A stretch of DNA of 64,000 nt from an uncultured bacterium. Its GTDB lineage: Bacteria; RBG-13-61-14; CAYWKU01. The position numbers were made by a program, and so were the translations under genes. The notes under the pieces are model-generated. The model did no database searches. It was not told where the DNA came from and worked only from the letters and a program-made list of their open reading frames with translations. How positions within the stretch are numbered: position 1 is the stretch's first letter; each line of letters starts with the position of its first letter. Location: the NCBI GenBank assembly GCA_964459325.1, contig CAYWKU010000017.1:3856-67855 (forward strand), given 5' to 3'. Shown here piece after piece: positions 39,748 to 49,167 of the stretch.

Positions 39748-39767
39748 CAAGGGGCTTAAGCCCCTTG
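39748..39767. repeat. REP-like palindrome family A, copy 5
   Basis: Perfect palindrome CAAGGGGCTTAAGCCCCTTG. Confidence 0.75.
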
Positions 39768-39794
39768 CCTCCCGGTCGCAAAAGGGTGTTGAAA

Positions 39795-40847
39795 ATGGCT
39801 TCAAACGACAAATACAAACAGGCGGGCGTGGACATAGACCTGGCGGAAAGCCTGGTAAAGCGTATAAAGCCGATGGCCCGCTCCACTCACCGAAAGGGCG
39901 TCATGGGCAAAATCGGCGGCTTCGGGGCGCTTTTCTCACCGAAACTGGCCGGTTACACCGACCCCGTCCTCGTCAGCGGCACCGACGGCGTGGGCACCAA
40001 GCTGAAAGTCGCCTGGATGACGAACAAGCACGACACGGTGGGAATCGACCTGGTGGCCATGTGCGTCAACGACATAGTGACCTCCGGCGCGGAGCCGCTG
40101 TTTTTCCTGGATTACTTCGCCACCGGCAAGCTCGACCCCGACGTGGGCGCCGCCGTCATAAAAGGCATCGCCGAAGGGTGCAGGCAGGCCGGCTGCGCAT
40201 TGATAGGCGGAGAAACCGCCGAAATGCCGGGCTTTTACGGCCCCGGTGAATACGACCTGGCGGGGTTCGCGGTGGGAGCGGTCGAGCGCGGTAAAATACT
40301 GGACGGCTCAAAGATAAAACCGGGAGACACACTCATCGGGATGGCCAGCAGCGGGATACACTCCAACGGCCTCAGCCTGGCCCGGAAAATCTTCTTCGAA
40401 AGGATGAAGCTGGGGGCGGAAAATAAAATAAAGGGCCTCAGGCTGCCGGTGGGCAGGGAAATTCTGCGCCCCACCCGGATTTACGTCAAGAGCGTTCTCG
40501 ACGTGGCGGCCCGGTGCAAACTGAAGGCCGCCGCTCATATAACCGGCGGCGGCATTACCGATAACCTGCCGAGGGTGCTGCCGAAAGGCCTGTCCGCGAA
40601 AGTTGACACCGGGGCATGGAATACCCCTTCCATCTTCAGAATCATTGCCGGGCAGGGCGATGTCAGCGCGAAGGAGATGTATCGCACTTTCAACATGGGC
40701 GTGGGGATGATACTGGTGGTGGCCGGAACCGACGCGAAGAAAGCGATTGAGCGGGTCGCGCGAGCGGGTGAAAAGCCTTATGTTATCGGCGAAGTTATTT
40801 CCAAATCCGGCGCTCCGGGGGTAATATACGACCCACCGCTTGAATAA
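39795..40847 (+). CDS. purM: Phosphoribosylformylglycinamidine cyclo-ligase
   Basis: YKQAGVDI, TDGVGTK, GGETAEMPG and TFNMG. Confidence 0.97.
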   Translation: MASNDKYKQAGVDIDLAESLVKRIKPMARSTHRKGVMGKIGGFGALFSPKLAGYTDPVLVSGTDGVGTKLKVAWMTNKHDTVGIDLVAMCVNDIVTSGAEPLFFLDYFATGKLDPDVGAAVIKGIAEGCRQAGCALIGGETAEMPGFYGPGEYDLAGFAVGAVERGKILDGSKIKPGDTLIGMASSGIHSNGLSLARKIFFERMKLGAENKIKGLRLPVGREILRPTRIYVKSVLDVAARCKLKAAAHITGGGITDNLPRVLPKGLSAKVDTGAWNTPSIFRIIAGQGDVSAKEMYRTFNMGVGMILVVAGTDAKKAIERVARAGEKPYVIGEVISKSGAPGVIYDPPLE

Positions 40848-40874
40848 ATAGAAAAATCGAACCCGGCGGGTAAA

Positions 40875-42215
40875 ATGGCAAGAACTTCCACCATAGTTAT
40901 CGTGGGCCGCCCCAACGTGGGGAAGAGCACCCTGTTCAACCGGCTTACAGGCCGCAGGCGGGCGCTCGTAGACAACCTCCCGGGCGTCACCAGGGACAGG
41001 ATATACGGGCGGGGCGAATGGATGGGGCGCACCTTCGCCGTAATAGACACCGGCGGCTTCGACCCCGACAATACCGAAGGCATCTGGAAGGAAATGAAGG
41101 CCCAGGTGATGCTGGCAATCGAGGAAGCCGACGCCGTCATCTTCCTCCTTGACGGAACCGAAGGGGTCAACCCGGTGGATGAAGACATATCGGAGTACTT
41201 AAGGCGGGAGGCACAGGCGCCGGTTTTTCACGTTGTAAATAAAATCGACAACCCGAAAAGAGAGGAGCTGGTGCATCGGTTCTGGTCGCTGGGGCCGGAT
41301 AAGATATACCCGGTCAGCGCCGAGCACTCACTTGGAGTAGACGACCTTCTTGACGACCTGATTGAAACCCTTCCGCCGGAAGAGGAACTGGAGGAGGAGC
41401 CGGAAGCGGTACCCGTGGCGGTGGTGGGAAAACCCAACGTTGGCAAAAGCACTCTCATCAACAAGCTGCTGGGCGCGGAGCGCCTTCTTACCCACGATTC
41501 ACCCGGAACCACCCGCGATGCGGTGGACAGCGTGGTGAACCGGGAAGAAGGCAGGGCTTATCGATTCATTGACACGGCGGGCATCCGAAAGAAAAGCAAA
41601 GTCACCCTGCGCATCGAAAAATTCTCGATAATCAAGGCCCTCAAGGCCATAGACCGCTGCCACGTTGCCCTGTTGCTGATAGACGCTTCCGAAGGCCCTA
41701 CCGAGCAGGACGCAAAGGTCGCGGGGTATACACTGGACCGAGGCAAAGCCGCCATTATACTGCTGAACAAATGGGACCTGGTCGAAAAGGACACCCGTAC
41801 TTTCGACGAACTTGTGAAAAAGGTGCGGGAAAGGCTTTATCACCTGGACTATGCGCCAATTATAAGCGTTTCCGCAAAGACCGGACTGAGGCTCCACCGC
41901 CTGTTCGAGGAGATAGACAAGGTGGACTCTCAACACTCCCGCAGGGTGAGCACCGGTGAGCTGAACAAGGCGCTGGAAGCCGCCGTGGGCAGGCACAAAC
42001 CCTCGGTTTCGGGGGGAAAGAGAATCAAGTTCTACTATGCCACCCAGTACGGCGTAAGGCCTCCCCGGTTTGCAATATTCACCAACCGCCCAAGCGATAT
42101 TCGCGCTTCATATCAAAGGTATCTCATCAACCGGATAAGGGAAACTTTCGGTTTCGAAGGCACGCCCATACGACTCAAGTTTCGTCCGCGCGAAAATAAG
42201 GGAAAAAACAAATAA
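40875..42215 (+). CDS. der: Ribosome biogenesis GTPase Der (EngA)
   Basis: Two G domains (GRPNVGKS, GKPNVGKS) and a KH-like C-terminus. Confidence 0.97.
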   Translation: MARTSTIVIVGRPNVGKSTLFNRLTGRRRALVDNLPGVTRDRIYGRGEWMGRTFAVIDTGGFDPDNTEGIWKEMKAQVMLAIEEADAVIFLLDGTEGVNPVDEDISEYLRREAQAPVFHVVNKIDNPKREELVHRFWSLGPDKIYPVSAEHSLGVDDLLDDLIETLPPEEELEEEPEAVPVAVVGKPNVGKSTLINKLLGAERLLTHDSPGTTRDAVDSVVNREEGRAYRFIDTAGIRKKSKVTLRIEKFSIIKALKAIDRCHVALLLIDASEGPTEQDAKVAGYTLDRGKAAIILLNKWDLVEKDTRTFDELVKKVRERLYHLDYAPIISVSAKTGLRLHRLFEEIDKVDSQHSRRVSTGELNKALEAAVGRHKPSVSGGKRIKFYYATQYGVRPPRFAIFTNRPSDIRASYQRYLINRIRETFGFEGTPIRLKFRPRENKGKNK

Positions 42216-42267
42216 CACCCTTCTCTCGCAGCCTTCCGGCGAAAAGGTATGTATGTAATCGTTAAAG

Positions 42268-42546
42268 TTAAAATGCCATGTTGAAGGTTTTAAATTCGCC
42301 GGCGGGCTTTTCCCATTCGACTTTTACGTCCGTCACGCGCGCCATGGGGGGGCCTTGGCGGCACCAGTCTATGAAAGCTTTCACGCTTTCCTCCGGCCCT
42401 TCGGCGACGGCTTCCACGTCGCCGTTATGAAGGTTTCTCACCCAGCCGGTCAACCCCAGGCTGCGGGCTTCCTCCCGGGCGGTACCCCTGTAGAACACCC
42501 CCTGCACGCGGCCGCTTATGGTCAGATGCGCTCTCGCGTTCGCCAT
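42268..42546 (-). CDS. acyP: Acylphosphatase
   Basis: [14 protein letters not shown]. Confidence 0.95.
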   Translation of the reverse strand: MANARAHLTISGRVQGVFYRGTAREEARSLGLTGWVRNLHNGDVEAVAEGPEESVKAFIDWCRQGPPMARVTDVKVEWEKPAGEFKTFNMAF

Positions 42547-42550
42547 GGTA

Positions 42551-43420
42551 TCACTGAATCCTCTGCAACTTGTTTCCCCAGCCGCCCTTGAGAACGGCGG
42601 TCTGGGAGCCTTCTCCTATGTACATCGTCCCGCTCCAGGCGGTTACCGACTTGTTGACGCCGTTTCCGGTAATTTTCAGGACAACCCTTACCCTGTGATT
42701 GCCTGTCGGTTGATTTTTCAATCTTATGGTGGCGCCTTCCCAGAAATAGGTGACGTTAATGACTTCCCCCTGGTCGTTTTTCTGTCTCCGCAGCTTGCTG
42801 GCGCCCTTGCCACCAACGTACTTTCCGTCATAGTAGACCAGCATGGACGCCTTTGTTGCCTCCCGGGGCACGCTCAGTAAAAGCGTGCTCGTGATGTTTA
42901 TGGTCAGGTCGCCCTGAGGTAGAACCAGCCCCTCCTCAGTTCTTTCCCCCGAAGGCGGAGTTTCCGGCTCTTCTTTCGGCTCGGCCTTACGCTCGGGTTC
43001 GGTGTCCTCCTTTTTGACTTCCTTTGTTTCTTTTTCCTCCGGTTTCGGTTTCGGTTCTGGACGCGGGGTAGTTCTTCTTGGCCTCTTGTATCTTTCTACC
43101 CTCTTTTTTTCTTCTTTGCTTTCTTTCTCTTCGTCGGCTTTCTTTTCTTCCGCAGGAACCTTTACTTCCCGGGTCACAAATATCATCTTTGTAGTACTGC
43201 CCGTCAGGTCGAGAATCGGGCGCCGCGTCTCCAGCACAAACGCCGAAGCGCTTACCAGCACTGCGGCAACTACGACGCCGGGCAGAAGCAGGCGCTCTTT
43301 CTCAAACAAAAGAGCCACTACAATAATCAAGAGGACCAAAAGCCCCCAGAAGAATACGTAAAAACCCGCTGTGTTAATTAAATCTGCGTAGTTTTGGATA
43401 AATTTCAAGGCATTATCCAT
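42551..43420 (-). CDS. Hypothetical membrane protein with Lys/Glu/Pro linker and beta-rich C-terminal domain
   Basis: Two N-terminal TM helices and a charged linker. Start uncertain (43420 or 43459). Confidence 0.65.
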   Translation of the reverse strand: MDNALKFIQNYADLINTAGFYVFFWGLLVLLIIVVALLFEKERLLLPGVVVAAVLVSASAFVLETRRPILDLTGSTTKMIFVTREVKVPAEEKKADEEKESKEEKKRVERYKRPRRTTPRPEPKPKPEEKETKEVKKEDTEPERKAEPKEEPETPPSGERTEEGLVLPQGDLTINITSTLLLSVPREATKASMLVYYDGKYVGGKGASKLRRQKNDQGEVINVTYFWEGATIRLKNQPTGNHRVRVVLKITGNGVNKSVTAWSGTMYIGEGSQTAVLKGGWGNKLQRIQ

Positions 43421-43523
43421 GTTGGAGGCAAGTATACCAAAGCCATGAGTAAAGTTCAACTCAAAATTAGAGACTCATAGGGCTTCGTTTCGCATTTCGA
43501 AAGTACCACGTGAAGTCGACTCA

Positions 43524-43552
43524 TTGACGTATCCGGCGATTATCAGTAAATT
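43524..43552 (+). promoter_or_regulatory. Sigma70 promoter upstream of the AmmeMemoRadiSam A-holB-PSP1 unit
   Basis: TTGACG-17-TAAATT. Confidence 0.55.
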
Positions 43553-43670
43553 ATGAAGTAAAGGAACTCAATCCCGCCGGGCGACAACGGAGTTGCCCGA
43601 AGGAAAGCAGCGGCGGTTCATTCCGGGCTTTGGTAAAATCGCGAATCGACCGAAGAGGGGGAATGTAAAG

Positions 43671-44270
43671 ATGGCGGAAGAAAACCTTAGCCGGGAGGAA
43701 AGAGACTTTCTCCTGAAAGTCGCAAAAGACTCAATCGCGCGAAAGCTGGGCGTGACCGAAACATCTCATACAAAGGAAGAAGCCGAAGGGGTCGGTCCCC
43801 GCATCAATCAAGACAGGGGCTGCTTTGTCACCCTGCACAAGCGTGGCCAGTTGCGGGGCTGCATCGGCATTTTCGAAGCACGGGGACCGTTGTGGCAGAA
43901 CGTCGAAGAAATGGCCGCTCAGGCGGCTTTCAACGACCCCAGGTTCAGACCCCTTTCACGAGGTGAGTTTGACGAGATAGATATCGAGATAAGCGCGCTG
44001 ACGCCCCTGAGGCAAGTAAACAGCGTGGACGAGGTCAAAGTGGGCGAACACGGCATTTACATAACCCGGGGATTAAACCGCGGGGTTCTGCTTCCTCAGG
44101 TAGCTACGGAACAGGGTTGGGACCGTGACACGTTCCTGGACCACACGTGCATGAAAGCGGGCCTCTCGGCCGGTTGCTGGCGCCGGCCGGACACCACGAT
44201 TGAAATCTTCAGCGCGGAAATTTTTGGAGAAAAGGAGAACTCCGGTTCTGAAAAGTCCGAGTCAATTTGA
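43671..44270 (+). CDS. AmmeMemoRadiSam system protein A (AMMECR1 domain)
   Basis: GCFVTL..LRGCIG, DPRF, LLPQVATEQGW and CMKAG. Confidence 0.93.
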   Translation: MAEENLSREERDFLLKVAKDSIARKLGVTETSHTKEEAEGVGPRINQDRGCFVTLHKRGQLRGCIGIFEARGPLWQNVEEMAAQAAFNDPRFRPLSRGEFDEIDIEISALTPLRQVNSVDEVKVGEHGIYITRGLNRGVLLPQVATEQGWDRDTFLDHTCMKAGLSAGCWRRPDTTIEIFSAEIFGEKENSGSEKSESI

Positions 44271-45273
44271 TGATATTATAGGGCATGATGAAGTTGTCGA
44301 GCGCCTGCGGCGCGATTTGACGGGAAACAGGCTGGCTCACGCCTACCTTTTCGTAGGCCCGCGCGGCACGGGCAAAACGACCCTCGCCCGAATACTGGGA
44401 GCGGCCACACTTTGCCGCGCCGCCGATTTCAATGACCGGCCCTGCTCCGAATGCACGGCATGTGGAAAAATCTCCCGCCGCAATCACCCCGACTTCCACC
44501 AGCTGACTCCCGCCGAAGGAAGACGCTGGATAAGGGTTGACCAGGTCAGGGAGCTTCAGGCGGCTCTGGCGCGGAGGCCCGTAGAGTCCGAACGGCGGGT
44601 GGCCGTTGTAGATGGAGCGGATTCGATGAATGAAGCCGCTCAGAATGCCTTTCTCAAGACCCTGGAAGAACCGCCCTCCGGAACTCTGATAGTCCTCACG
44701 GCGCCCGGGGTGCATCGCCTTCTGCCTACCATTGTAAGCAGGTGCCGCATAGAGCGGTTCGGCCCCCTGAAAACCGCCGAACTGGCGGGAATCATAAAAG
44801 AAAAAAGAAGCATCGAGCCCGGGGAAGCCGCAATGGTGGCTCAGTTGACTTCCGGCAGCGTGGGCGATGCGATGAACATGGACATGGAATTCGTTAGAAG
44901 AGCAAGGCCCGCGATTATTAACAGGATTGCCGACACAGTCACCGATGAAAAGCCGGACCCGGAGAAAATTCTGGGAATTGCCGACCAATTGGCAAAGATG
45001 GGGGATAACTCGCTGCATATAGTCAGAACCCTTCTCGCCGACGTGGCATCGAATAAGCTGGGACGGAACATCGCCAACATCGACATGGGGGGCGCCATTG
45101 ATAAGCTGTCCCGCAATTGGAGCCTGGAGCGGGTATTATCTCACTTCGAAATGACGCTTCAGGCCGAGGCAGGCCTGGCGCGGAATTTAAACCGGGCCTT
45201 TCTGTATGAAAATCTATTACTCGCTTTAACGCGAGGAGGAAAAGATGAAAACCATAGTGGGAATACAGTTTAA
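44224..45273 (+). CDS. holB: DNA polymerase III subunit delta'
   Basis: AHAYLFVGPRGTGKT, Zn motif, HPD, NAFLKTLEEPP and TIVSRC. Start uncertain. Confidence 0.9.
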   Translation: MEKRRTPVLKSPSQFDDIIGHDEVVERLRRDLTGNRLAHAYLFVGPRGTGKTTLARILGAATLCRAADFNDRPCSECTACGKISRRNHPDFHQLTPAEGRRWIRVDQVRELQAALARRPVESERRVAVVDGADSMNEAAQNAFLKTLEEPPSGTLIVLTAPGVHRLLPTIVSRCRIERFGPLKTAELAGIIKEKRSIEPGEAAMVAQLTSGSVGDAMNMDMEFVRRARPAIINRIADTVTDEKPDPEKILGIADQLAKMGDNSLHIVRTLLADVASNKLGRNIANIDMGGAIDKLSRNWSLERVLSHFEMTLQAEAGLARNLNRAFLYENLLLALTRGGKDENHSGNTV

Positions 45274-46354
45274 AAACGCATCAAAAATTTACTACTTCGA
45301 TTGCGAAGAATTAAAAGATCTGGACAAAGGTTCACAGGTAATAGTGGAAACGGAACTCGGACTTGGATTGGGGTCAGTTGTGGAACCTCCCAGGCAGGCC
45401 GACGAGAAGGAAATACCCGGTGAGCTGAAAAGGGTCATACGCCAAGTGGACGATTCGGACCTGGAGAGGCGAAAAAAGAATCGCGAAAGGGAAAAACATG
45501 CCTTCGACATGTGCTGGAAGCTCATAAATGAGAAAAAACTCCAAATGAAACTCGTGAACGTGGAGTACTTCTACGACGCCTCCAAGGCCATTTTCTACTT
45601 CACCGCCGAGCATCGCGTTGATTTTCGGGAACTGGTGCGCGACCTGGCCCGTACCCTGCACACACGCATAGAGATGAAGCAAATAGGGGTACGCGATGAG
45701 ACCAAGATGATGGGCGGCATCGGATGCTGCGGCCAGCCTGTCTGCTGCGCCACCTTCCTGCGGGAATTTCAACCGGTCAGCGTGAAGATGGCCAAGGAGC
45801 AGAACCTGGCCATGAATCCCGGCAAGATTTCGGGATTGTGCGGAAGGCTGATGTGCTGCCTTTCTTACGAATGTGACGTATACGAAGAAATGGGAAGGGA
45901 CATGCCCAAAAGAGGCAAAACCATAGAAACCCCCGACGGAACCGCAAAGGTGGTTGACGTCAACGTGCTTAAAAGGGAGGTAACCGTGGCAACCGAGGAA
46001 GGCGGCATGAACACCCTGCCCATAGAAAATATAAATCCCTCTACCTCCTCGGATTCGGAAGAAGAAGAAAAGGAAGAGGTGGAAGAAGAGGAAATTTCGG
46101 AAACTACGGAAGAATTTCTTCAAACCATGGAATTTTCTCCCGATTCCGACCAAGCGTCACAAGAGCCGCAACCCGAAGAAGCGCCTTCCGAGCCGGCCCG
46201 GAAACCTCCGGCGGAGCCGATGGACTTTGACCTGCCGCAGGTCAAACCCCTGGAAAGTGAGCAGCCGAAAGAACAGAAGAAGAAAAAGCGCTCGAGAAGA
46301 CGAAACAGGCGCAGGGGAAAAAAGAAAAAAGCAAAGTCCGGCGATGCACAATAA
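45245..46354 (+). CDS. PSP1-domain (RicT/YaaT) protein
   Basis: RVDFRELV, RIEMKQIG.RDE, GCCGQPVCC and SGLCGRLMCCL, with an acidic then basic tail. Confidence 0.92.
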   Translation: MKTIVGIQFKNASKIYYFDCEELKDLDKGSQVIVETELGLGLGSVVEPPRQADEKEIPGELKRVIRQVDDSDLERRKKNREREKHAFDMCWKLINEKKLQMKLVNVEYFYDASKAIFYFTAEHRVDFRELVRDLARTLHTRIEMKQIGVRDETKMMGGIGCCGQPVCCATFLREFQPVSVKMAKEQNLAMNPGKISGLCGRLMCCLSYECDVYEEMGRDMPKRGKTIETPDGTAKVVDVNVLKREVTVATEEGGMNTLPIENINPSTSSDSEEEEKEEVEEEEISETTEEFLQTMEFSPDSDQASQEPQPEEAPSEPARKPPAEPMDFDLPQVKPLESEQPKEQKKKKRSRRRNRRRGKKKKAKSGDAQ

Positions 46355-46883
46355 CAAATCACTCGCGCTCGCTCGCGCTCTCAAAAAAATTGCGCCGCTC
46401 GTGACGGTGGCGTTTATATGTATATTACTTTTCTCCGGCGCATCTCCCGCCGACGAAGACTACCTGCCCCGCAAATGGGAAAAGTTTGAGCTGGACAAAA
46501 CCATGAACGAGCTGAAGAACGACCTCACACTTTTCAAATGCAACGAACCGACTTCAAAAGCCACCAGGTGCACACTCGCCGGCTATCCCGGGAGGGATGA
46601 TTTCGTGGTTCTGAAGTTCTACAGGAATAAACTCGCCTCCGCGGCCCGGTTCAGATACAAAACCGACTGGGAAAAAACGCTCACACAACTAAAGGAGCGA
46701 CTGGGCGACCCGACCTTTTCGGCCTACCGCTCCTCCCGGGCCGTCGCATACATCTGGCAGGACAATCAAACCCATATCACCCTCACCCACCTGCTCGAGC
46801 ATAACTACGTGATTTACGAAATCCGCGACGTGGCCACCGAAGCCCTTTACCGCAAGTCCGTCGCCGGTAGCTCTTCGGATTAA
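46344..46883 (+). CDS. Hypothetical exported protein
   Basis: Signal-like N-terminus. Overlaps the end of the PSP1 gene. Confidence 0.6.
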   Translation: MHNNKSLALARALKKIAPLVTVAFICILLFSGASPADEDYLPRKWEKFELDKTMNELKNDLTLFKCNEPTSKATRCTLAGYPGRDDFVVLKFYRNKLASAARFRYKTDWEKTLTQLKERLGDPTFSAYRSSRAVAYIWQDNQTHITLTHLLEHNYVIYEIRDVATEALYRKSVAGSSSD

Positions 46884-48116
46884 TCAGAAAACGGTGCCGA
46901 AGTTGAAGTAAGTGGAAAACCGCTCCTCCCTGCTGAACCCCACGTCCGCTCTTCCCATCAGATTGGGGGGAGTGGTAAACCGGAAGCCGAATCCGCCGGT
47001 ATACTTCCACTCCTTGTCGAAGGACTCGCTCCATGACCTGTCGCTCATGAACACTCTGCCCGAATCGAAGAAGAAGTTTCCGTCAACTATGAAATCTATG
47101 GGTATCTTCAAAGGCTCTATATCTATGTGATAGATGTGATAGCGGAACTCAGTGTTGGTCAATATGCTTCCTTTTCCCCGAAAGCGCCCTTCCCAATATC
47201 CTCGAAGCGTGTTTCTTCCCCCGACATAAGGCATGGCCCACCAGGGAATATCCTTCGGCTTTCCCTCCATAACTTCGCCCCTGGCGTGAAAGGCCAGCAC
47301 GTTATAGTTGCCGAACAGTAGAAAATAGGCCCTCATATCCCCCATGTAACGGGTATAGTCGTAGTCGGAGCCGAAGTAAGGCCCGGCGTCCTCGGCGAAT
47401 ATCTCGAGACGCGTTCCGCGAGTGGGACGCCACTGGTGGTTCCGGGTGGAGCGGATAAGCGCCATCCCCCAGCCGCTGGCCGCCCTGTCCTTCATTCCGG
47501 GCAGCTCGTTGTACACCACCTGTGCCTGAGGCAAATCGTCGTGGTCTCCTTCGTCTACCCACACCTGCCGGTAAAATTTCTGAAGCGCCACATAATAATT
47601 TTCGCTCAGCCTTTTGCCCGCGGTAAACCGCTGCGTGACGTTTATATACTCCACGGTCGCCTCGTCGCCAACTTCATCGTCTTCGGGGTCGTACATGTGG
47701 TTGGAAGTGTCGTTGCCCACCCCGAAAACCCTCAAATCCGGTATCTGGTCAAACTCTGTGTACATCATGAAGTACCAGTATCTGTCACCTTCCCCTATTC
47801 TCGGAAGCATAAACAATAATTCGTAAATCTGGTACTGGTTGGTGGTATAGATATTCGCCAGGTCCACCATCATCGGCTCGCCGAAAAGGTTCGACGCCTT
47901 GAGCTTAACCCCCGAGCCTGCGCCGGTGTCGGGGTTCATCTTGAACCGGGGCAAAACGCCGGTTTCCTTCTCTGCCGAGTATTCGCCGGTTATCCCCTCC
48001 CTCAAGTCGCTCTGCTCTTCCGCGCTCACCGGAGTGAAAGCGTATAAAGCTATAAGAGCTCCCAATACGATTAAAAGCCATGCGCGGCGAATTCCATAAC
48101 CTTTTTTCAGAGACAT
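46884..48116 (-). CDS. Omp85 (BamA/TamA-like) barrel protein without POTRA domains
   Basis: GGRNTLRGY..RFRG, FFDSG, GFGFR and C-terminal Phe. Confidence 0.85.
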   Translation of the reverse strand: MSLKKGYGIRRAWLLIVLGALIALYAFTPVSAEEQSDLREGITGEYSAEKETGVLPRFKMNPDTGAGSGVKLKASNLFGEPMMVDLANIYTTNQYQIYELLFMLPRIGEGDRYWYFMMYTEFDQIPDLRVFGVGNDTSNHMYDPEDDEVGDEATVEYINVTQRFTAGKRLSENYYVALQKFYRQVWVDEGDHDDLPQAQVVYNELPGMKDRAASGWGMALIRSTRNHQWRPTRGTRLEIFAEDAGPYFGSDYDYTRYMGDMRAYFLLFGNYNVLAFHARGEVMEGKPKDIPWWAMPYVGGRNTLRGYWEGRFRGKGSILTNTEFRYHIYHIDIEPLKIPIDFIVDGNFFFDSGRVFMSDRSWSESFDKEWKYTGGFGFRFTTPPNLMGRADVGFSREERFSTYFNFGTVF

Positions 48117-48193
48117 AATCCCCTCCAAATCAACTTTGGCATTGCGACAATTTCCGAATATTAGGGCATCGGGGGGTTAATGTCAATAATACG

Positions 48194-48314
48194 AGCATCC
48201 GCGGCGCCAATTCCATCATCGCGCTGCGCTGCTGCATCGAATCCGGCTACTTCGAATCCTACTGGGAGTCCCGCAGAACCGCTTAACCGCATCCACCAAT
48301 CATGTCGCACACCC
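48194..48314 (+). mobile_element. ISKra4-family IS remnant (transposase C-terminus plus right end)
   Basis: Translates SIRGANSIIALRCCIESGYFESYWESRRTA* (stop 48284-48286), then an end ...ATGTCGCACACCC. Both match my recollection of ISKra4/ISAzba1-type elements. Confidence 0.75.
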
Positions 48315-48386
48315 GGCGCCAGCGTTTGAGCGTTTGGACAACATGAAAAATATGTTAATCTAAAAGGTGAGACAGGAGAGCGGAAA

Positions 48387-48614
48387 ATGGACGACGAAAA
48401 TCTCTTGGAGCGAATAACCACCAACGATTCAATCTTCGGCGGCAAGCCCCTCATAAAAAACCGCAGGATAGCCGTCGAACATATCACCGGCATGCTCAAA
48501 CGGGGAGCCGAAGAAAAGGAAATACTCGACGCATACCCGTTCCTCGCTCAGGAAGATATCGACGCGTGCAAAAAGTGGCAAGAAAAGCACGGTTCCGGAA
48601 GCGGCGCGAAATGA
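48387..48614 (+). CDS. DUF433 family antitoxin-like protein
   Basis: IFGGKPLIKNRRIAV..ILDAYPFL..EDI. Confidence 0.9.
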   Translation: MDDENLLERITTNDSIFGGKPLIKNRRIAVEHITGMLKRGAEEKEILDAYPFLAQEDIDACKKWQEKHGSGSGAK

Positions 48615-48946
48615 AGATAGTTGCCGACGCGAACGTGAGCGGATTCGCAGTGCGCCACCTTAAGGACAAAGGCCACGATGTCCTGTGGCTGGCGGACATG
48701 CGCGGAGACTTGCCGGATACCGAAGTAGTCGAAACCGCCAAAAAAAGAGAATCCATCATAATCACCACGGATGCCGACTTCGGCGAAAACTTTCTCGGCG
48801 AAAACGACCCTCACCCGGCCATCGTCAGACTGGTAAACGTGCCCCCGGCCATGCAGGCCGACGCCCTGAACTCGCTTATCGAGCTGCAGGGCAGCAAGCT
48901 GGCGCCGGGCGCCGTTATCACCGGCGGCATCGGCCAAGAGGAATAG
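48611..48946 (+). CDS. DUF5615 PIN-like toxin
   Basis: MKIVADANV..GHDV..D.EV..IITTDADFG. ATGA overlap with DUF433. Confidence 0.85.
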   Translation: MKIVADANVSGFAVRHLKDKGHDVLWLADMRGDLPDTEVVETAKKRESIIITTDADFGENFLGENDPHPAIVRLVNVPPAMQADALNSLIELQGSKLAPGAVITGGIGQEE

Positions 48947-48972
48947 AGGCGTCGGGGATGGAGGAATAAAAG

Positions 48973-49161
48973 ATGCCGGTGGACAAGGAGCTTTTGGACT
49001 TATTGGTTTGCCCCAAGTGCAAGGGCGAGCTCGAATTGAAGGACGAGGGGGCGGGACTTATATGCCAAGCGTGCAAGCTGATGTACCCCATCGAGGACGA
49101 CATACCGGTGATGCTGATAGACGAAGCGGTGGACATCGAATCCGCCGGAGAGGGTTCATAA
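48973..49161 (+). CDS. Trm112/YcaR family protein
   Basis: LLDLLVCPKCKG..C..YPIEDDIPVML. Confidence 0.92.
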   Translation: MPVDKELLDLLVCPKCKGELELKDEGAGLICQACKLMYPIEDDIPVMLIDEAVDIESAGEGS

Positions 49162-49167
49162 CTTCAA

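Noticed and set aside
43590-43615. GAAGGAAAGCAG resembling SRP RNA domain IV
   Set aside because: It lacks the CAGG...GGAA...AGCAG geometry and the long SRP stem.
48237-48270. TTCGAATCC resembling a tRNA T-loop
   Set aside because: No cloverleaf can be built. It is better explained as the coding tail of the IS remnant.
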